From Promethearchaeota archaeon (GTDB taxonomy: Archaea > Asgardarchaeota > Lokiarchaeia > Sigyniarchaeales > SOKP01), in the NCBI GenBank assembly GCA_048940445.1, contig JBHLON010000016.1, positions 4,322 through 68,321 on the forward strand: 64,000 nt of DNA, given 5' to 3'. Below, piece after piece: positions 1-9,214 of the stretch. The translations under genes and the position numbers were made by a program. The notes beneath the pieces were generated by a model. It had not been told where the DNA came from and did no database searches. It saw nothing but the letters and a program-made list of their open reading frames with translations. Numbering within the stretch: the stretch's first letter is position 1; the number at the start of each line of letters is the position of its first letter.

Positions 1-645
1 GATAAGTGGTTGACGATTAGCATCTATTTGTAAATTTTTTGAAATAGGATAAACATCAATAATTCTTTTTATTGAAGTTAAGAAAAGTGGAATTTTATTT
101 TCTGTAATTAATAACGTCATGTTGTTAACCTTCATATCAGGAGCAGAATTCCAGTCAATATTTCTACTAATTGAATTGGATGCATTATTAACAATACATA
201 ACATAGATTCTTGATTTGTTTCTTTATCTGTTTCAAATAGTGTATTGTTGATTAAGTCTAATTCGGCTAATAGAGTGGCATTATTATGTAAATTTTGTCC
301 CATAAAAATGATTGCCCCTCCACCATTATTAACAAAATTAGAAATTATTCCCTGTTCTGAAGTATTTAATCGTGCATCAAAAACTATAACAGCATCAATC
401 CATGATCCTATCGGAGTCAATGGTTCATTGTCAGAAATTATTGAAATATTAAAATCCTCCTGATCAATACTAAGACTTTGAAGAAATAATCTATCATTCC
501 CCTTACTAATCACTAAGACGTTTCTATTGGTACTTGGTTGTGCAAATGCCGGTTTTATTATCAGAAATACCGCAATATTACTGACTATTAAAGCTATCAA
601 ACTGATAATTAATAATTTTGATACTTTGTTTTTAGTAATCGGCAT
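1..645 (-). CDS. Membrane-anchored or secreted hypothetical protein, N-terminal 215 codons (the 3' end lies beyond the window start)
   Basis: Absent from the ORF track because there is no stop codon in the window. My reverse-complement translation from the ATG at 645-643 stays open to nt 1: MPITKNKVSKLLIISLIALIVSNIAVFLIIKPAFAQPSTNRNVLVISKG... It has an N-terminal hydrophobic anchor or signal. 'VIVFDARL...FVNNGGGAIIFMGQ' weakly resembles ThuA/class-I amidotransferase-like folds. Confidence 0.5.
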   Translation of the reverse strand, partial: MPITKNKVSKLLIISLIALIVSNIAVFLIIKPAFAQPSTNRNVLVISKGNDRLFLQSLSIDQEDFNISIISDNEPLTPIGSWIDAVIVFDARLNTSEQGIISNFVNNGGGAIIFMGQNLHNNATLLAELDLINNTLFETDKETNQESMLCIVNNASNSISRNIDWNSAPDMKVNNMTLLITENKIPLFLTSIKRIIDVYPISKNLQIDANRQPLI

Positions 646-716
646 AGTTATTTGTAAAATTAATTAAAATTAGTATTTAATAATGAAATTTTGTCATTTA
701 TTAATGTTTATGTTTT

Positions 717-1553
717 TTATAGATGCTTCTCAAGCCAAATATACATGTCGCGATACACTAATGCACGACCCTTTTCATTCCATAATTCATGAAGAAAACC
801 TTCATACTCACGATAAGTTTTATCTTGACTTTTTATATTTTTATAAAATTCATGGGTTTTCGATTTATCTATGATATTATCATTTCCAGCTTGTAAGATT
901 AATATGGGACAAAGCAAGTTCACAGCATTCTCCATGGCCCATTTCATTGAAATCTCTATTTCTGCTAATGATTTTATCGTTATTACTTCTAATTTATTCT
1001 TATCGGCAATATGCTCTCTTAAGATTTTTAAATCACTTGTTAATTGATTTTGATGAATAGAGAATGGGATGTGCTTACTAGATTTTGAGATAGCTCCTGT
1101 GACTTTTTTTATCTTTTTTTTGCTAATAAATGATTTTTCTGTTAATCCTAATTGAGGAGAGGAGACAATAATTCCTGGTAAACCTGGATGGTTAATCGCA
1201 TAAATTAAACTTATTAAACCTCCAAATGCATGACCTATTAAGAAAATTTTGTTTTCTCCAGCTTTGCTTTTTACAAGATCCATGAATAATACGAGATCTT
1301 TTTGAATATGATCCATGCTATCTATATGGCCCTGTATCTCTGCATTTCGAAAATGCCCTCTTAAATCAAAGGCAAAGATTGAATAACCATTTTCTGTAAA
1401 AAATTCAGCAGGGATCTTCATTCTATCTGAATGAGTGCCCCAACCATGAATTGCAATTAAGGATGCTTTAATTTCTTTAGAATCAGGAATCCAATATTGA
1501 TAAAACAATTTTTTATTTTCTCTTCCCTCAAAATGACCAGATTTATTTATCAT
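717..1553 (-). CDS. Alpha/beta hydrolase, lysophospholipase/monoacylglycerol-lipase-like, with nucleophile-elbow Ser replaced by Ala
   Basis: The motif order is typical of Hydrolase_4-type enzymes: 'AIHGWGTHSDR', 'DLRGH', nucleophile elbow 'GHAFGG' (expected GHSxGG), then 'AGNDNIID' and 'GFLHEL' (acid and His). Confidence 0.8.
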   Translation of the reverse strand: MINKSGHFEGRENKKLFYQYWIPDSKEIKASLIAIHGWGTHSDRMKIPAEFFTENGYSIFAFDLRGHFRNAEIQGHIDSMDHIQKDLVLFMDLVKSKAGENKIFLIGHAFGGLISLIYAINHPGLPGIIVSSPQLGLTEKSFISKKKIKKVTGAISKSSKHIPFSIHQNQLTSDLKILREHIADKNKLEVITIKSLAEIEISMKWAMENAVNLLCPILILQAGNDNIIDKSKTHEFYKNIKSQDKTYREYEGFLHELWNEKGRALVYRDMYIWLEKHL

Positions 1554-1750
1554 ATTAATTCATTTAATCCTTCAATTTCAATAAAAATAGATTTGATAAG
1601 ATAATAAATTTCAGTATTTTTTTATTATTAATGTTTTTGGACATAAAATCATGAAAAATGTAAATATAACGAACTTTTATATTAATCAGTAAACTTCTTA
1701 TTAAATAATGTTATTTTATTATCAACAATTTAAAGTTAAAGGCAATTTCG

Positions 1751-2359
1751 ATGAATGCACCAGAAAAAGAAGATGAAATTATTAGTATAATAATATTGGG
1801 TAGGGGCGGACAAGGAGCGGTTACTGCATGTGAACTGATTGCTGAAGCTGCCTATTTAAGCGGAAATTTTAATGATGTTCATGCTTATCCTTCATTTGGT
1901 GCTGAAAGAAGAGGCGCTCCAGTTCAAGCTTATGCAAAGCTTTCAAGAACCGAAAAAATATGGGATCGTGCTCAAATTGAGCATCCTGATATCTTAATTG
2001 TATTTGATGAAACTGTATTAGATTCTGAGGTTGTTGCTTCGCTAAAAAATAATGGTACATTTATTATCAATTCAAATAAAGAACCAAAATTCTTTGCAGA
2101 TAAATTTAATTTTAGTAAAAATATAAAAATTATTGTAGCTGATATTAGTAATTTAGCTTTAAAGAAGAATTTAACTATTGAAGGAAATCCAGTCATAAAT
2201 ACTCCAATTTTAGGTCTGTTATCTAAAGCTTTACCAGATTTGACTTTAGAAAATTTAAAATCAGTAGTTTTTGATAAATTAGGTGATAAATTAGGGACAC
2301 TTAATTTTGAATTAATAGAGCAAGGTTATAAGATCGCCAAAATATTATGGGTTGATTAG
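1751..2359 (+). CDS. porG: Pyruvate/2-oxoacid:ferredoxin oxidoreductase, gamma subunit
   Basis: 'ILGRGGQGAVTACELIAEAA' and 'AYPSFGAERRGAPV' are classical POR/VOR gamma motifs. Size is 202 aa. Confidence 0.85.
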   Translation: MNAPEKEDEIISIIILGRGGQGAVTACELIAEAAYLSGNFNDVHAYPSFGAERRGAPVQAYAKLSRTEKIWDRAQIEHPDILIVFDETVLDSEVVASLKNNGTFIINSNKEPKFFADKFNFSKNIKIIVADISNLALKKNLTIEGNPVINTPILGLLSKALPDLTLENLKSVVFDKLGDKLGTLNFELIEQGYKIAKILWVD

Positions 2360-4599
2360 TTAACTGGTAATTTTATTATAAAAGTACTTCCTTTATTTCT
2401 ACCAGCAGATTCCGCTCTAATCTCTCCTTCATGTAAATCAATTATTTCTTTTGATATAAATAATCCTAAACCACTACCTTGGATATCTAAATATTCATAA
2501 CCTGGACTATAACGTTCAATTTTTCCAAATCTAGTAAAAAGCATGTGCATCTCCTCTTTCGTAAGCCCTATTCCAGTATCTGTAATTTTTAGTTCCGCCC
2601 AATTTCCGTTCTGATTAAGAATAAGATTAATTTCACCGTTTGGAGGCGTATTCTTTATTGCATTTGATATTAAATTTATAAGAACTTGTTCAATCCTAAT
2701 TTTATCTATGTTTAACTCTAAAACTTCAGGAATAGATTGCTTGAGATGTATTTTTCTTTCCTTTATCCAGTAATCCATTTCTTTAATACAATCAATAATA
2801 ATTTTACTTAAATTGTTGGAGGCTTTCCTAAGTTGAAGTTTATGATATTCAATCCGAGAAATATCAATTAAATTTTCTATTAAATGTCTTAATCTTTTCC
2901 CTCCTTTTACTATTAACTGAATTATCTCAAGTTGGTCTTTTTTAAAATTATCCTTATATAAATTTAGTAAGAGTTCACTGCCTCCACTTATAGAAACAAG
3001 AGGCGTTTTTAATTCATGAGAAACACGAGAGATTAAATTTTTTCTTATTGTATCTAACTCCTTTAATTTTCTAATTTCTTCCTTTATTAATATTTCTGCT
3101 TCCTTTTTAGGAGTTATATCGGTAAAAATTGCCTGTACATGAACCTCTCCCCCTATCTTGATTAAACCTGCCTGCAAATTGACCCATATTAGACTACCAT
3201 TCTTTCTATAAGCTTGCAGATCAACCCGATGCACTCTATCACCTTTAATGAATTTCTTAAACAGAACAGAAAGATTTTTTAAGTATTCTGGATGAATAAC
3301 AGGAACGTCTCTAAAATTCTTCCCTTCTAATTCTTTTTTATCGTATCCAAAGGTATCTATAAATGTTTGATTAAAATCAAGAATCATTCCTTTAGAATCT
3401 AATAATACTATTGAAAAAGGAGTATTTTCATAAAGACTTCGAAACTTTTCTTCTGATTCTCTTAGTTTTCTTTCTAGGTTGAATTTCTCAGTAACATCAT
3501 TAAATGTTCCATCAATCTGAATTGGCCAACCATCTCTATCTCTAATTAAATGTGAATTTAACTCGAGGATAATCTTATTCTCCTTTTTAGTTTTCGCATG
3601 ACAAAAATAGTTTCTCGCTATACCATTTTTAATAATTTTTTCAAGATAATCACCTCTATCTTCAGGATCTTGCCAAAAATCAATAACATTTTTGCCTATT
3701 AGGTTTTCCAAAGGATCAACTTCTAATATTATATTATGTGCACTATTATGATTTAAAATCTGGCCATCCAAAGTAACCTGATAAAATCCTACATCTAAAT
3801 TTTCTATTAAATTGCGATACTTTTGTTCTGATTCTTTTAAATTCTCTTCAGCTATTTTTCTTTCAGTAATATCTTCAGTATGGACAATAATTAAATCTGG
3901 ACTAACATAACCATAATTAACTGATAAATATTTTTCCTTATCTAAATGTTGAAATTGATATTTCATTTCTTTAGTGATTTGAATTTTTTCTTCCATACAC
4001 AATCTTAAATCTTCTAATATATCTAACCTATTTTCATATAATTTAGAAGCTTTATACCCTAGAAAATCATTCACACGCCCATTTGTAATTTTTTCAGCTG
4101 CTTTATTAAAATCTATTAACACAAAATCATCATCATATTTTTGCCAAGTGTAAGCTGGAATAGGTCCTTCTTTATAAAGTGCCTTAAACATTCCTTCTGA
4201 TTTTTTCAAATTTTGTTCAGCAAGTTTTCGATCTGTTACATTTTTACCAACACCTAAAATAGCATAAATTTCTCCATCTTTTTTTAAAGGAATCCCATAA
4301 GTCTCTACATAAATAGAATTTCCATCCTTAGTTTTTACCTTATATTCACTTCTTTTTGATTGTTTTCCACTTTTTTTTATTTCTTTCGTTACTTTGTAAG
4401 CTTTTTGTAAATTTTCTTTATCTAAGAGATTTATGAAAGAAATATTAGCTATTTCACTTTTTTCATAGCCTAAAGTAATTAGCGTGATTTCATTGGCATC
4501 TAAAAAATTACCATTCAAATCATTAACATAAATCAAATCTAAAGAATGTTCAAACAGATCTTTAAACTGTTCTCTTATTTTATCTTCATTATATTCCAT
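2356..4599 (-). CDS. Cytoplasmic multi-PAS sensor histidine kinase
   Basis: Repeated PAS-like segments with coiled linkers ('RKxAEExLKxSE' occurs several times). H-box 'SHELKTPL'. HATPase motifs 'NAIKNTP', 'DTGIGL' and 'GSGLGLFISKEI'. No TM segment is evident and no response regulator is adjacent. Confidence 0.85.
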   Translation of the reverse strand: MEYNEDKIREQFKDLFEHSLDLIYVNDLNGNFLDANEITLITLGYEKSEIANISFINLLDKENLQKAYKVTKEIKKSGKQSKRSEYKVKTKDGNSIYVETYGIPLKKDGEIYAILGVGKNVTDRKLAEQNLKKSEGMFKALYKEGPIPAYTWQKYDDDFVLIDFNKAAEKITNGRVNDFLGYKASKLYENRLDILEDLRLCMEEKIQITKEMKYQFQHLDKEKYLSVNYGYVSPDLIIVHTEDITERKIAEENLKESEQKYRNLIENLDVGFYQVTLDGQILNHNSAHNIILEVDPLENLIGKNVIDFWQDPEDRGDYLEKIIKNGIARNYFCHAKTKKENKIILELNSHLIRDRDGWPIQIDGTFNDVTEKFNLERKLRESEEKFRSLYENTPFSIVLLDSKGMILDFNQTFIDTFGYDKKELEGKNFRDVPVIHPEYLKNLSVLFKKFIKGDRVHRVDLQAYRKNGSLIWVNLQAGLIKIGGEVHVQAIFTDITPKKEAEILIKEEIRKLKELDTIRKNLISRVSHELKTPLVSISGGSELLLNLYKDNFKKDQLEIIQLIVKGGKRLRHLIENLIDISRIEYHKLQLRKASNNLSKIIIDCIKEMDYWIKERKIHLKQSIPEVLELNIDKIRIEQVLINLISNAIKNTPPNGEINLILNQNGNWAELKITDTGIGLTKEEMHMLFTRFGKIERYSPGYEYLDIQGSGLGLFISKEIIDLHEGEIRAESAGRNKGSTFIIKLPVN

Positions 4600-4867
4600 T
4601 TCAATAACCTTTTGAGATGATTAGAAACTTCTAATAGGTTCTTCTCTAAAGAGTTTATCTAACTATTCTTATTTATTTTTTTCTTTTAAAAGAAGATTAA
4701 TTTTTTAAACAAAATTAGCAGTTTAATTTTGAATTTAGATTCGATAAACGAAAAATAAGTATAATTCTAACATACTTTTCCAGTAATTCTTATCAAATTT
4801 AATAGCAAGAAATTTATTTCAATACTTATTAATTCCCATATTAAGTTCTATTCAATAAGTGTTAGCA

Positions 4868-5167
4868 ATGACAGATGTCAAAAAGGATTATCAAAAAATT
4901 CTAGGTTCTGTTCAAAAACCTGTGAAAGGCGAAGCAGGAAAAACTGGAACTTGGAGTTCTAAAAAACCTATAATTGATATAAACAAATGCATTCCTGCTA
5001 AATCAGGTAAACCTAGCTGTTTTAATTGTTGGTTATATTGTCCAGAAGCAGTTATTTCAAGAACTATTCCACCACGAATCGAATTAGATTACTGTAAGGG
5101 ATGTGGGATTTGTATGGAAGAATGTCCTGTTAAAGCTATAACTATGGAAGAGGTGGAAATAGACTGA
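4868..5167 (+). CDS. porD: Pyruvate/2-oxoacid:ferredoxin oxidoreductase, delta subunit (2x[4Fe-4S] ferredoxin-like)
   Basis: 'CFNCWLYCPEAVI' and 'CKGCGICMEECPVKAI' cysteine clusters. About 100 aa and immediately upstream of porA. The track starts at GTG 4859; I prefer ATG 4868. Confidence 0.8.
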   Translation: MTDVKKDYQKILGSVQKPVKGEAGKTGTWSSKKPIIDINKCIPAKSGKPSCFNCWLYCPEAVISRTIPPRIELDYCKGCGICMEECPVKAITMEEVEID

Positions 5168-5190
5168 CGATATTAGAATCGAAATCTGAT

Positions 5191-6462
5191 ATGATTGAAC
5201 AAAAAAGGAAAATATTAACTGGTAATCATGCTGCAGCTCATGCAATAAGACAGGCAAGAGTGGGTGTAGTTTCAGCATATCCAATTACTCCTCAGAGTCC
5301 TGTAGTAGAAAAGATAGCTGAATTTATCGCTAAAGGTAAATTAAACGCTAAATTTGTTAAAGTGGAATCAGAACACTCTGCTCTGGCTGTTTGCTGTGCT
5401 GCGTCTGCTACAGGATCAAGAGTTGCTACAGCAACTTCTGCTCATGGCTTAGAATTAATGTATGAAATGCTTCCTTGGGCTGCAGGAAATAGATTACCTA
5501 TAATAATTAATCTTGCAACTAGATCTCTTGGAGCCCCATGGAGTGTTTGGACAGATCATTCAGACTTTATAACAATAAGAGACGTAGGTTGGATTCAGTT
5601 CATGTGTGAAGATAATCAAGAAATTTATGATACTAACATTCAAGCGTTTAAAATCGCTGAGGACCCTCGAGTCTTTCTTCCAACCATAGTTGCTTATGAT
5701 GGTTATATCTTAAGTCATACTATGATGCCTGTTATTTTGGAAGATCAAAAAGATATTGATGAATTTTTGCCACCACTTAAACATCATATTAATTTGTCTG
5801 ATATTTCTCAAGTAAAAGGTGTAGATCCGGTTACCACACCAGATATAAGAGATAGAGGGGAAGAGGGAACTACTCCTGCATATTATGAATACAGATATGC
5901 TTTACAGAAGGCTCTTGAAAATTCAGTTGAGGTTATACAAGAAGTTCATGATGAATTTGCTCAAAAATTTGATAGGTCATATGGAAATGCTTTATTTAAA
6001 ACAGAGTATATAGAGGATGCAAATATAATCATTTTCGGGATGGGATCAGTTGCTTCTCAATCTAAAAACGTTCTAAAAAAACTTAGAGAGCAAGGATTAA
6101 AAGTAGGATTAGTGAGTTTAAGATTATTTAGACCTTATCCCGCTAAATTTTTACGAGAATTATTAAAAGATAAAGAAATTATTGTAGTATTTGATAGAGA
6201 CATTGGATATGGTTATGAGGGCGTGTTATGTTATGAATTAAAGTCTGCATTATACGGTTTGAAAAATCCTCCTTATATTAAAGGATTTATTGTCGGTTTA
6301 GGCGGAAGAGATGTTAAAAATGAACACATTATTGATGGAGTTAAAATAGCATTAAATCAAGCTAAAACAGGAGAAATTTCTCAAGAAACTGAATTTTTAG
6401 GCCTAAAATTAGATCAAATAGTAAATTATGATGAATCAATATTCTTTAAAGAGGTGAAATAG
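5191..6462 (+). CDS. porA: Pyruvate/2-oxoacid:ferredoxin oxidoreductase, alpha subunit
   Basis: 'LTGNHAAAHA...VVSAYPITPQS', 'ESEHSA' and 'ATSAHGLELM' are typical POR alpha motifs. 423 aa. Confidence 0.9.
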   Translation: MIEQKRKILTGNHAAAHAIRQARVGVVSAYPITPQSPVVEKIAEFIAKGKLNAKFVKVESEHSALAVCCAASATGSRVATATSAHGLELMYEMLPWAAGNRLPIIINLATRSLGAPWSVWTDHSDFITIRDVGWIQFMCEDNQEIYDTNIQAFKIAEDPRVFLPTIVAYDGYILSHTMMPVILEDQKDIDEFLPPLKHHINLSDISQVKGVDPVTTPDIRDRGEEGTTPAYYEYRYALQKALENSVEVIQEVHDEFAQKFDRSYGNALFKTEYIEDANIIIFGMGSVASQSKNVLKKLREQGLKVGLVSLRLFRPYPAKFLRELLKDKEIIVVFDRDIGYGYEGVLCYELKSALYGLKNPPYIKGFIVGLGGRDVKNEHIIDGVKIALNQAKTGEISQETEFLGLKLDQIVNYDESIFFKEVK

Positions 6463-6464
6463 TA

Positions 6465-7370
6465 GTGGTAAATGTAATGGATCTTTCTGAGGAAGAATAT
6501 ATTTATCCCGGTACGAGAGCTTGTGCCGGTTGTTCAATGGCTTTAATATATAGGATCGCACTCAAAGCCTTAGGCCCAAATACAATTATAACCGTACCGG
6601 CATCTTGTTTAACAGTTTTGCATGGAATGCAGGGGTTTTGTACAACCAAAGTATCCGTTTATCATACTCCTTTTGCGACTACAGGAGCTGCTGCTTCGGG
6701 TATAGTCGCTTCTTTAGAGGACAAAAATTTAGCGAAAGACATTAATGTAGTAGCATTTGCTGGAGATGGAGGTACTGTTGATATAGGGATACAAGCCCTT
6801 AGTGGAGCAGTTGAGAGAGGCACAAATTTTATTTATGCTTGTTATGATAACGAAGCTTATATGAACACTGGAGTTCAACGTAGTGGCTCTACTCCATTAG
6901 GAGTTAGAACAACCACTACACCTGAAGGCAAATTAGGGCATAAAAAGAATATGGCAAAGATACTAGAAGCACATGGAATCCCTTACGTTGCTACAGCAAT
7001 ATCATCTTATCCACTTGATTTGTATGAAAAGTTTCAAAGGGCTAAAAGTATTCAAGGATCAAAATATATACATATCTTAGCCCCATGCCCTCCAGGATGG
7101 AACTATAACCCCAAAGATTCAATTAAAGTAGGTAGACTAGCAGTTCAGACAGGATTCTGGCCTTTATTTGAAGTTATTGAAGGAAAGTTCATATTATCAA
7201 GAGATAGTGAGAGGTATTTAGATTCATCTAAGAGAAAACCCATTGAGGACTATTTGAATGCCCAAAAGAGGTTCGCGAATCTCTCCCATGAAGATATTGA
7301 TACTTATAAAAAATATATTGACGATTTGTGGATTGAGATAAAGGAGAGATTGGAAAAAGCTACAAAATGA
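6465..7370 (+). CDS. porB: Pyruvate/2-oxoacid:ferredoxin oxidoreductase, beta subunit (TPP-binding)
   Basis: 'CAGCS', 'FAGDGGTVDIG', 'YDNEAYMNTGVQRS' (TPP/Mg motif) and 'APCPPGW'. Starts 2 nt after porA. Confidence 0.9.
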   Translation: MVNVMDLSEEEYIYPGTRACAGCSMALIYRIALKALGPNTIITVPASCLTVLHGMQGFCTTKVSVYHTPFATTGAAASGIVASLEDKNLAKDINVVAFAGDGGTVDIGIQALSGAVERGTNFIYACYDNEAYMNTGVQRSGSTPLGVRTTTTPEGKLGHKKNMAKILEAHGIPYVATAISSYPLDLYEKFQRAKSIQGSKYIHILAPCPPGWNYNPKDSIKVGRLAVQTGFWPLFEVIEGKFILSRDSERYLDSSKRKPIEDYLNAQKRFANLSHEDIDTYKKYIDDLWIEIKERLEKATK

Positions 7371-7400
7371 TTTATCTTTTTTCTTTTGATTTTATTTATC
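7371..7400 (+). terminator. Candidate oligo-T transcription terminator after porB
   Basis: T-rich tract 'tttatcttttttcttttgattttattt' directly after the porB stop. Archaeal termination commonly uses oligo(dT). The AT-rich background weakens this call. Confidence 0.35.
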
Positions 7401-7473
7401 TTGAACTAAGACAAATTTGAAAATAATCCAATAAAAATTAAAGATAAAATAATTTAAGATTAATTGATCTTTC

Positions 7474-8259
7474 ATGATAAAAACATTTATCTTCAATGAA
7501 ATTAAGAATATATGGATTGAAGAAGAAGAATATCTTTTTTTACATGATCTATGCGCTTTTTTTGAAGATAATAATCCAAATATTTATGTTTGGAAAGGAC
7601 CAAAATGTAGCAAAAGAAGATATAAAAAAGCCTATCGATCCTTAAATGAATTAGTCTCCAAATATGTCTTTCCTAAATTTCAGATCAACGTATTAGTGAA
7701 ACATATTCCACACCAAATAGAAGAAATACTTAACAAAATGTTAAATACTGCTAAAGAACAAGAAGGAAACACAAAATTAAAATTTTCAAAATTCACCACC
7801 ATAAGATTATACTTAGTTTTTTTATTTATAGCAATTGTACTTTCTATTATATCAATTATCTCACTAACTAATTGGCTATTCTGGCCTAAAATAGATGGTA
7901 ATGTCATGATCACTTCATTATTATATCAAATTTGGTTGATTTACCCTCAGATTTTAATATTCATTTCTTTGATAATGTTTATCTTAAACACTATAATTGG
8001 TTTATATGAAAGAGAAACACAAGTAATTATTTTTTCTTTAATAGGGTTAATAATTTGTTGCGGAATTGTACTATATCTTCAACAAGGAATTTTCTTGTTT
8101 ATATTTCAAGAAGGATCCTCGGAGTCATTATACATCATTAAAATTGAAGATATAATCGTTTTTTGGATTACAATTTTATCTGCAATCGCTCTCTTTGTAG
8201 TACTTAATCTAGTTAAGTTAGTTACATTTATAAGAACCTATAGTAGGTTTATATTCTAA
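7474..8259 (+). CDS. Membrane protein with a ~110-aa soluble N-terminal domain (possible gelsolin-like fold) and about 5 TM helices
   Basis: Hydrophobic helices run from about aa 110 to 255. The N-terminal 'YLFLHD...NIYVWKGPKCSKRRYKKAY' resembles the gelsolin-repeat signature (hypothesis only). Confidence 0.6.
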   Translation: MIKTFIFNEIKNIWIEEEEYLFLHDLCAFFEDNNPNIYVWKGPKCSKRRYKKAYRSLNELVSKYVFPKFQINVLVKHIPHQIEEILNKMLNTAKEQEGNTKLKFSKFTTIRLYLVFLFIAIVLSIISIISLTNWLFWPKIDGNVMITSLLYQIWLIYPQILIFISLIMFILNTIIGLYERETQVIIFSLIGLIICCGIVLYLQQGIFLFIFQEGSSESLYIIKIEDIIVFWITILSAIALFVVLNLVKLVTFIRTYSRFIF

Positions 8260-8322
8260 TCCTAATTATATTGTAATGCAATTCCATAAATGTTATAAAC
8301 TTGATAAAATAAAGAGAATAAT

Positions 8323-9204
8323 ATGGCTGAAGCGGCTAAACTTTTACCCAAACTTGAAAAAGAAGATATTCGAATTTTAATGGCAATCGAAATTGGAATG
8401 AAACGCTCAGAATATGTTAAAATTACAGACATTAAGTTTTATGCTAGATATCCAATTGAAGAAACTCTTTTTAGGCTGAAAAATGCTCATAAATTTGACT
8501 TGATCATACGTAATTCATCAGAATATGAAATATCCTACACTTTAAATTCAATAGGATATGATATTTTAGCTTTACATGCATTAGTAGAAAGAGGAGTCAT
8601 TAGTCATCTAGGGCCATTAATTGGAAAGGGAAAAGAATCAGACGTTTATAGTTGCATGGATGACAATGAAAATATTTTTGCTTTAAAACTTTATCGAATG
8701 GGTAGAACAAGTTTTAAAAATATTAAGAAATACCGTAGTTTTGTAGGAGAACGTACGCATCTTTCATGGTTATATATCAATAGATTAGCAGCAAGGAAGG
8801 AATTTCGGGCATTAAAAAAGATATACCAACTCAAATTAAATACACCCAAACCAATTGCCTTTAATCGTCATGCAATTGTTATGTCATATTTAAGAGGAAA
8901 GGAATTGGTATATTTTCAAAATATAAAAAAACCCCAAAAAGTATTCAATAAACTCATAAAACAAATAAAACTTATATACCAGAAAGCAAATATGATTCAT
9001 GGAGATTTGGGTGAATTCAATATCATTTTGGATGAGAAGGGAAACATTTTAATAATAGACTGGGTACAATGGGTTCCTAAAGAGCATCCAAATGCAAAAT
9101 CTCTTTTAGAAAGAGATATTAATAATATATGTAATTATTTCGAAAAAAAGTTTAATGTAATAAGCAATCCTATCAAAATATTAAAAGATTTTTATAAAAA
9201 ATAG
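8323..9204 (+). CDS. rio2: RIO-type serine/threonine protein kinase, Rio2-like (N-terminal wHTH plus RIO domain)
   Basis: An N-terminal ~90-aa winged-helix-like region, then 'GKGKESDVY' (P-loop-like), 'ALKLYRMGRTSF', 'HGDLGEFNIIL' and 'IIDWVQ' (catalytic and metal loops). Confidence 0.85.
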   Translation: MAEAAKLLPKLEKEDIRILMAIEIGMKRSEYVKITDIKFYARYPIEETLFRLKNAHKFDLIIRNSSEYEISYTLNSIGYDILALHALVERGVISHLGPLIGKGKESDVYSCMDDNENIFALKLYRMGRTSFKNIKKYRSFVGERTHLSWLYINRLAARKEFRALKKIYQLKLNTPKPIAFNRHAIVMSYLRGKELVYFQNIKKPQKVFNKLIKQIKLIYQKANMIHGDLGEFNIILDEKGNILIIDWVQWVPKEHPNAKSLLERDINNICNYFEKKFNVISNPIKILKDFYKK

Positions 9205-9214
9205 TTTGAAATGC

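Noticed and set aside
683-874. 63-aa plus-strand ORF at the 3' end of the alpha/beta hydrolase gene.
   Set aside because: It overlaps the hydrolase CDS in antisense and has no motif.
1869-2196. Track ORFs 1869..2060(-) and 1972..2196(-) lying antisense inside porG.
   Set aside because: They lie entirely within a strongly supported gene on the opposite strand. Their translations are low-complexity and motif-free, as is typical of AT-rich antisense frames.
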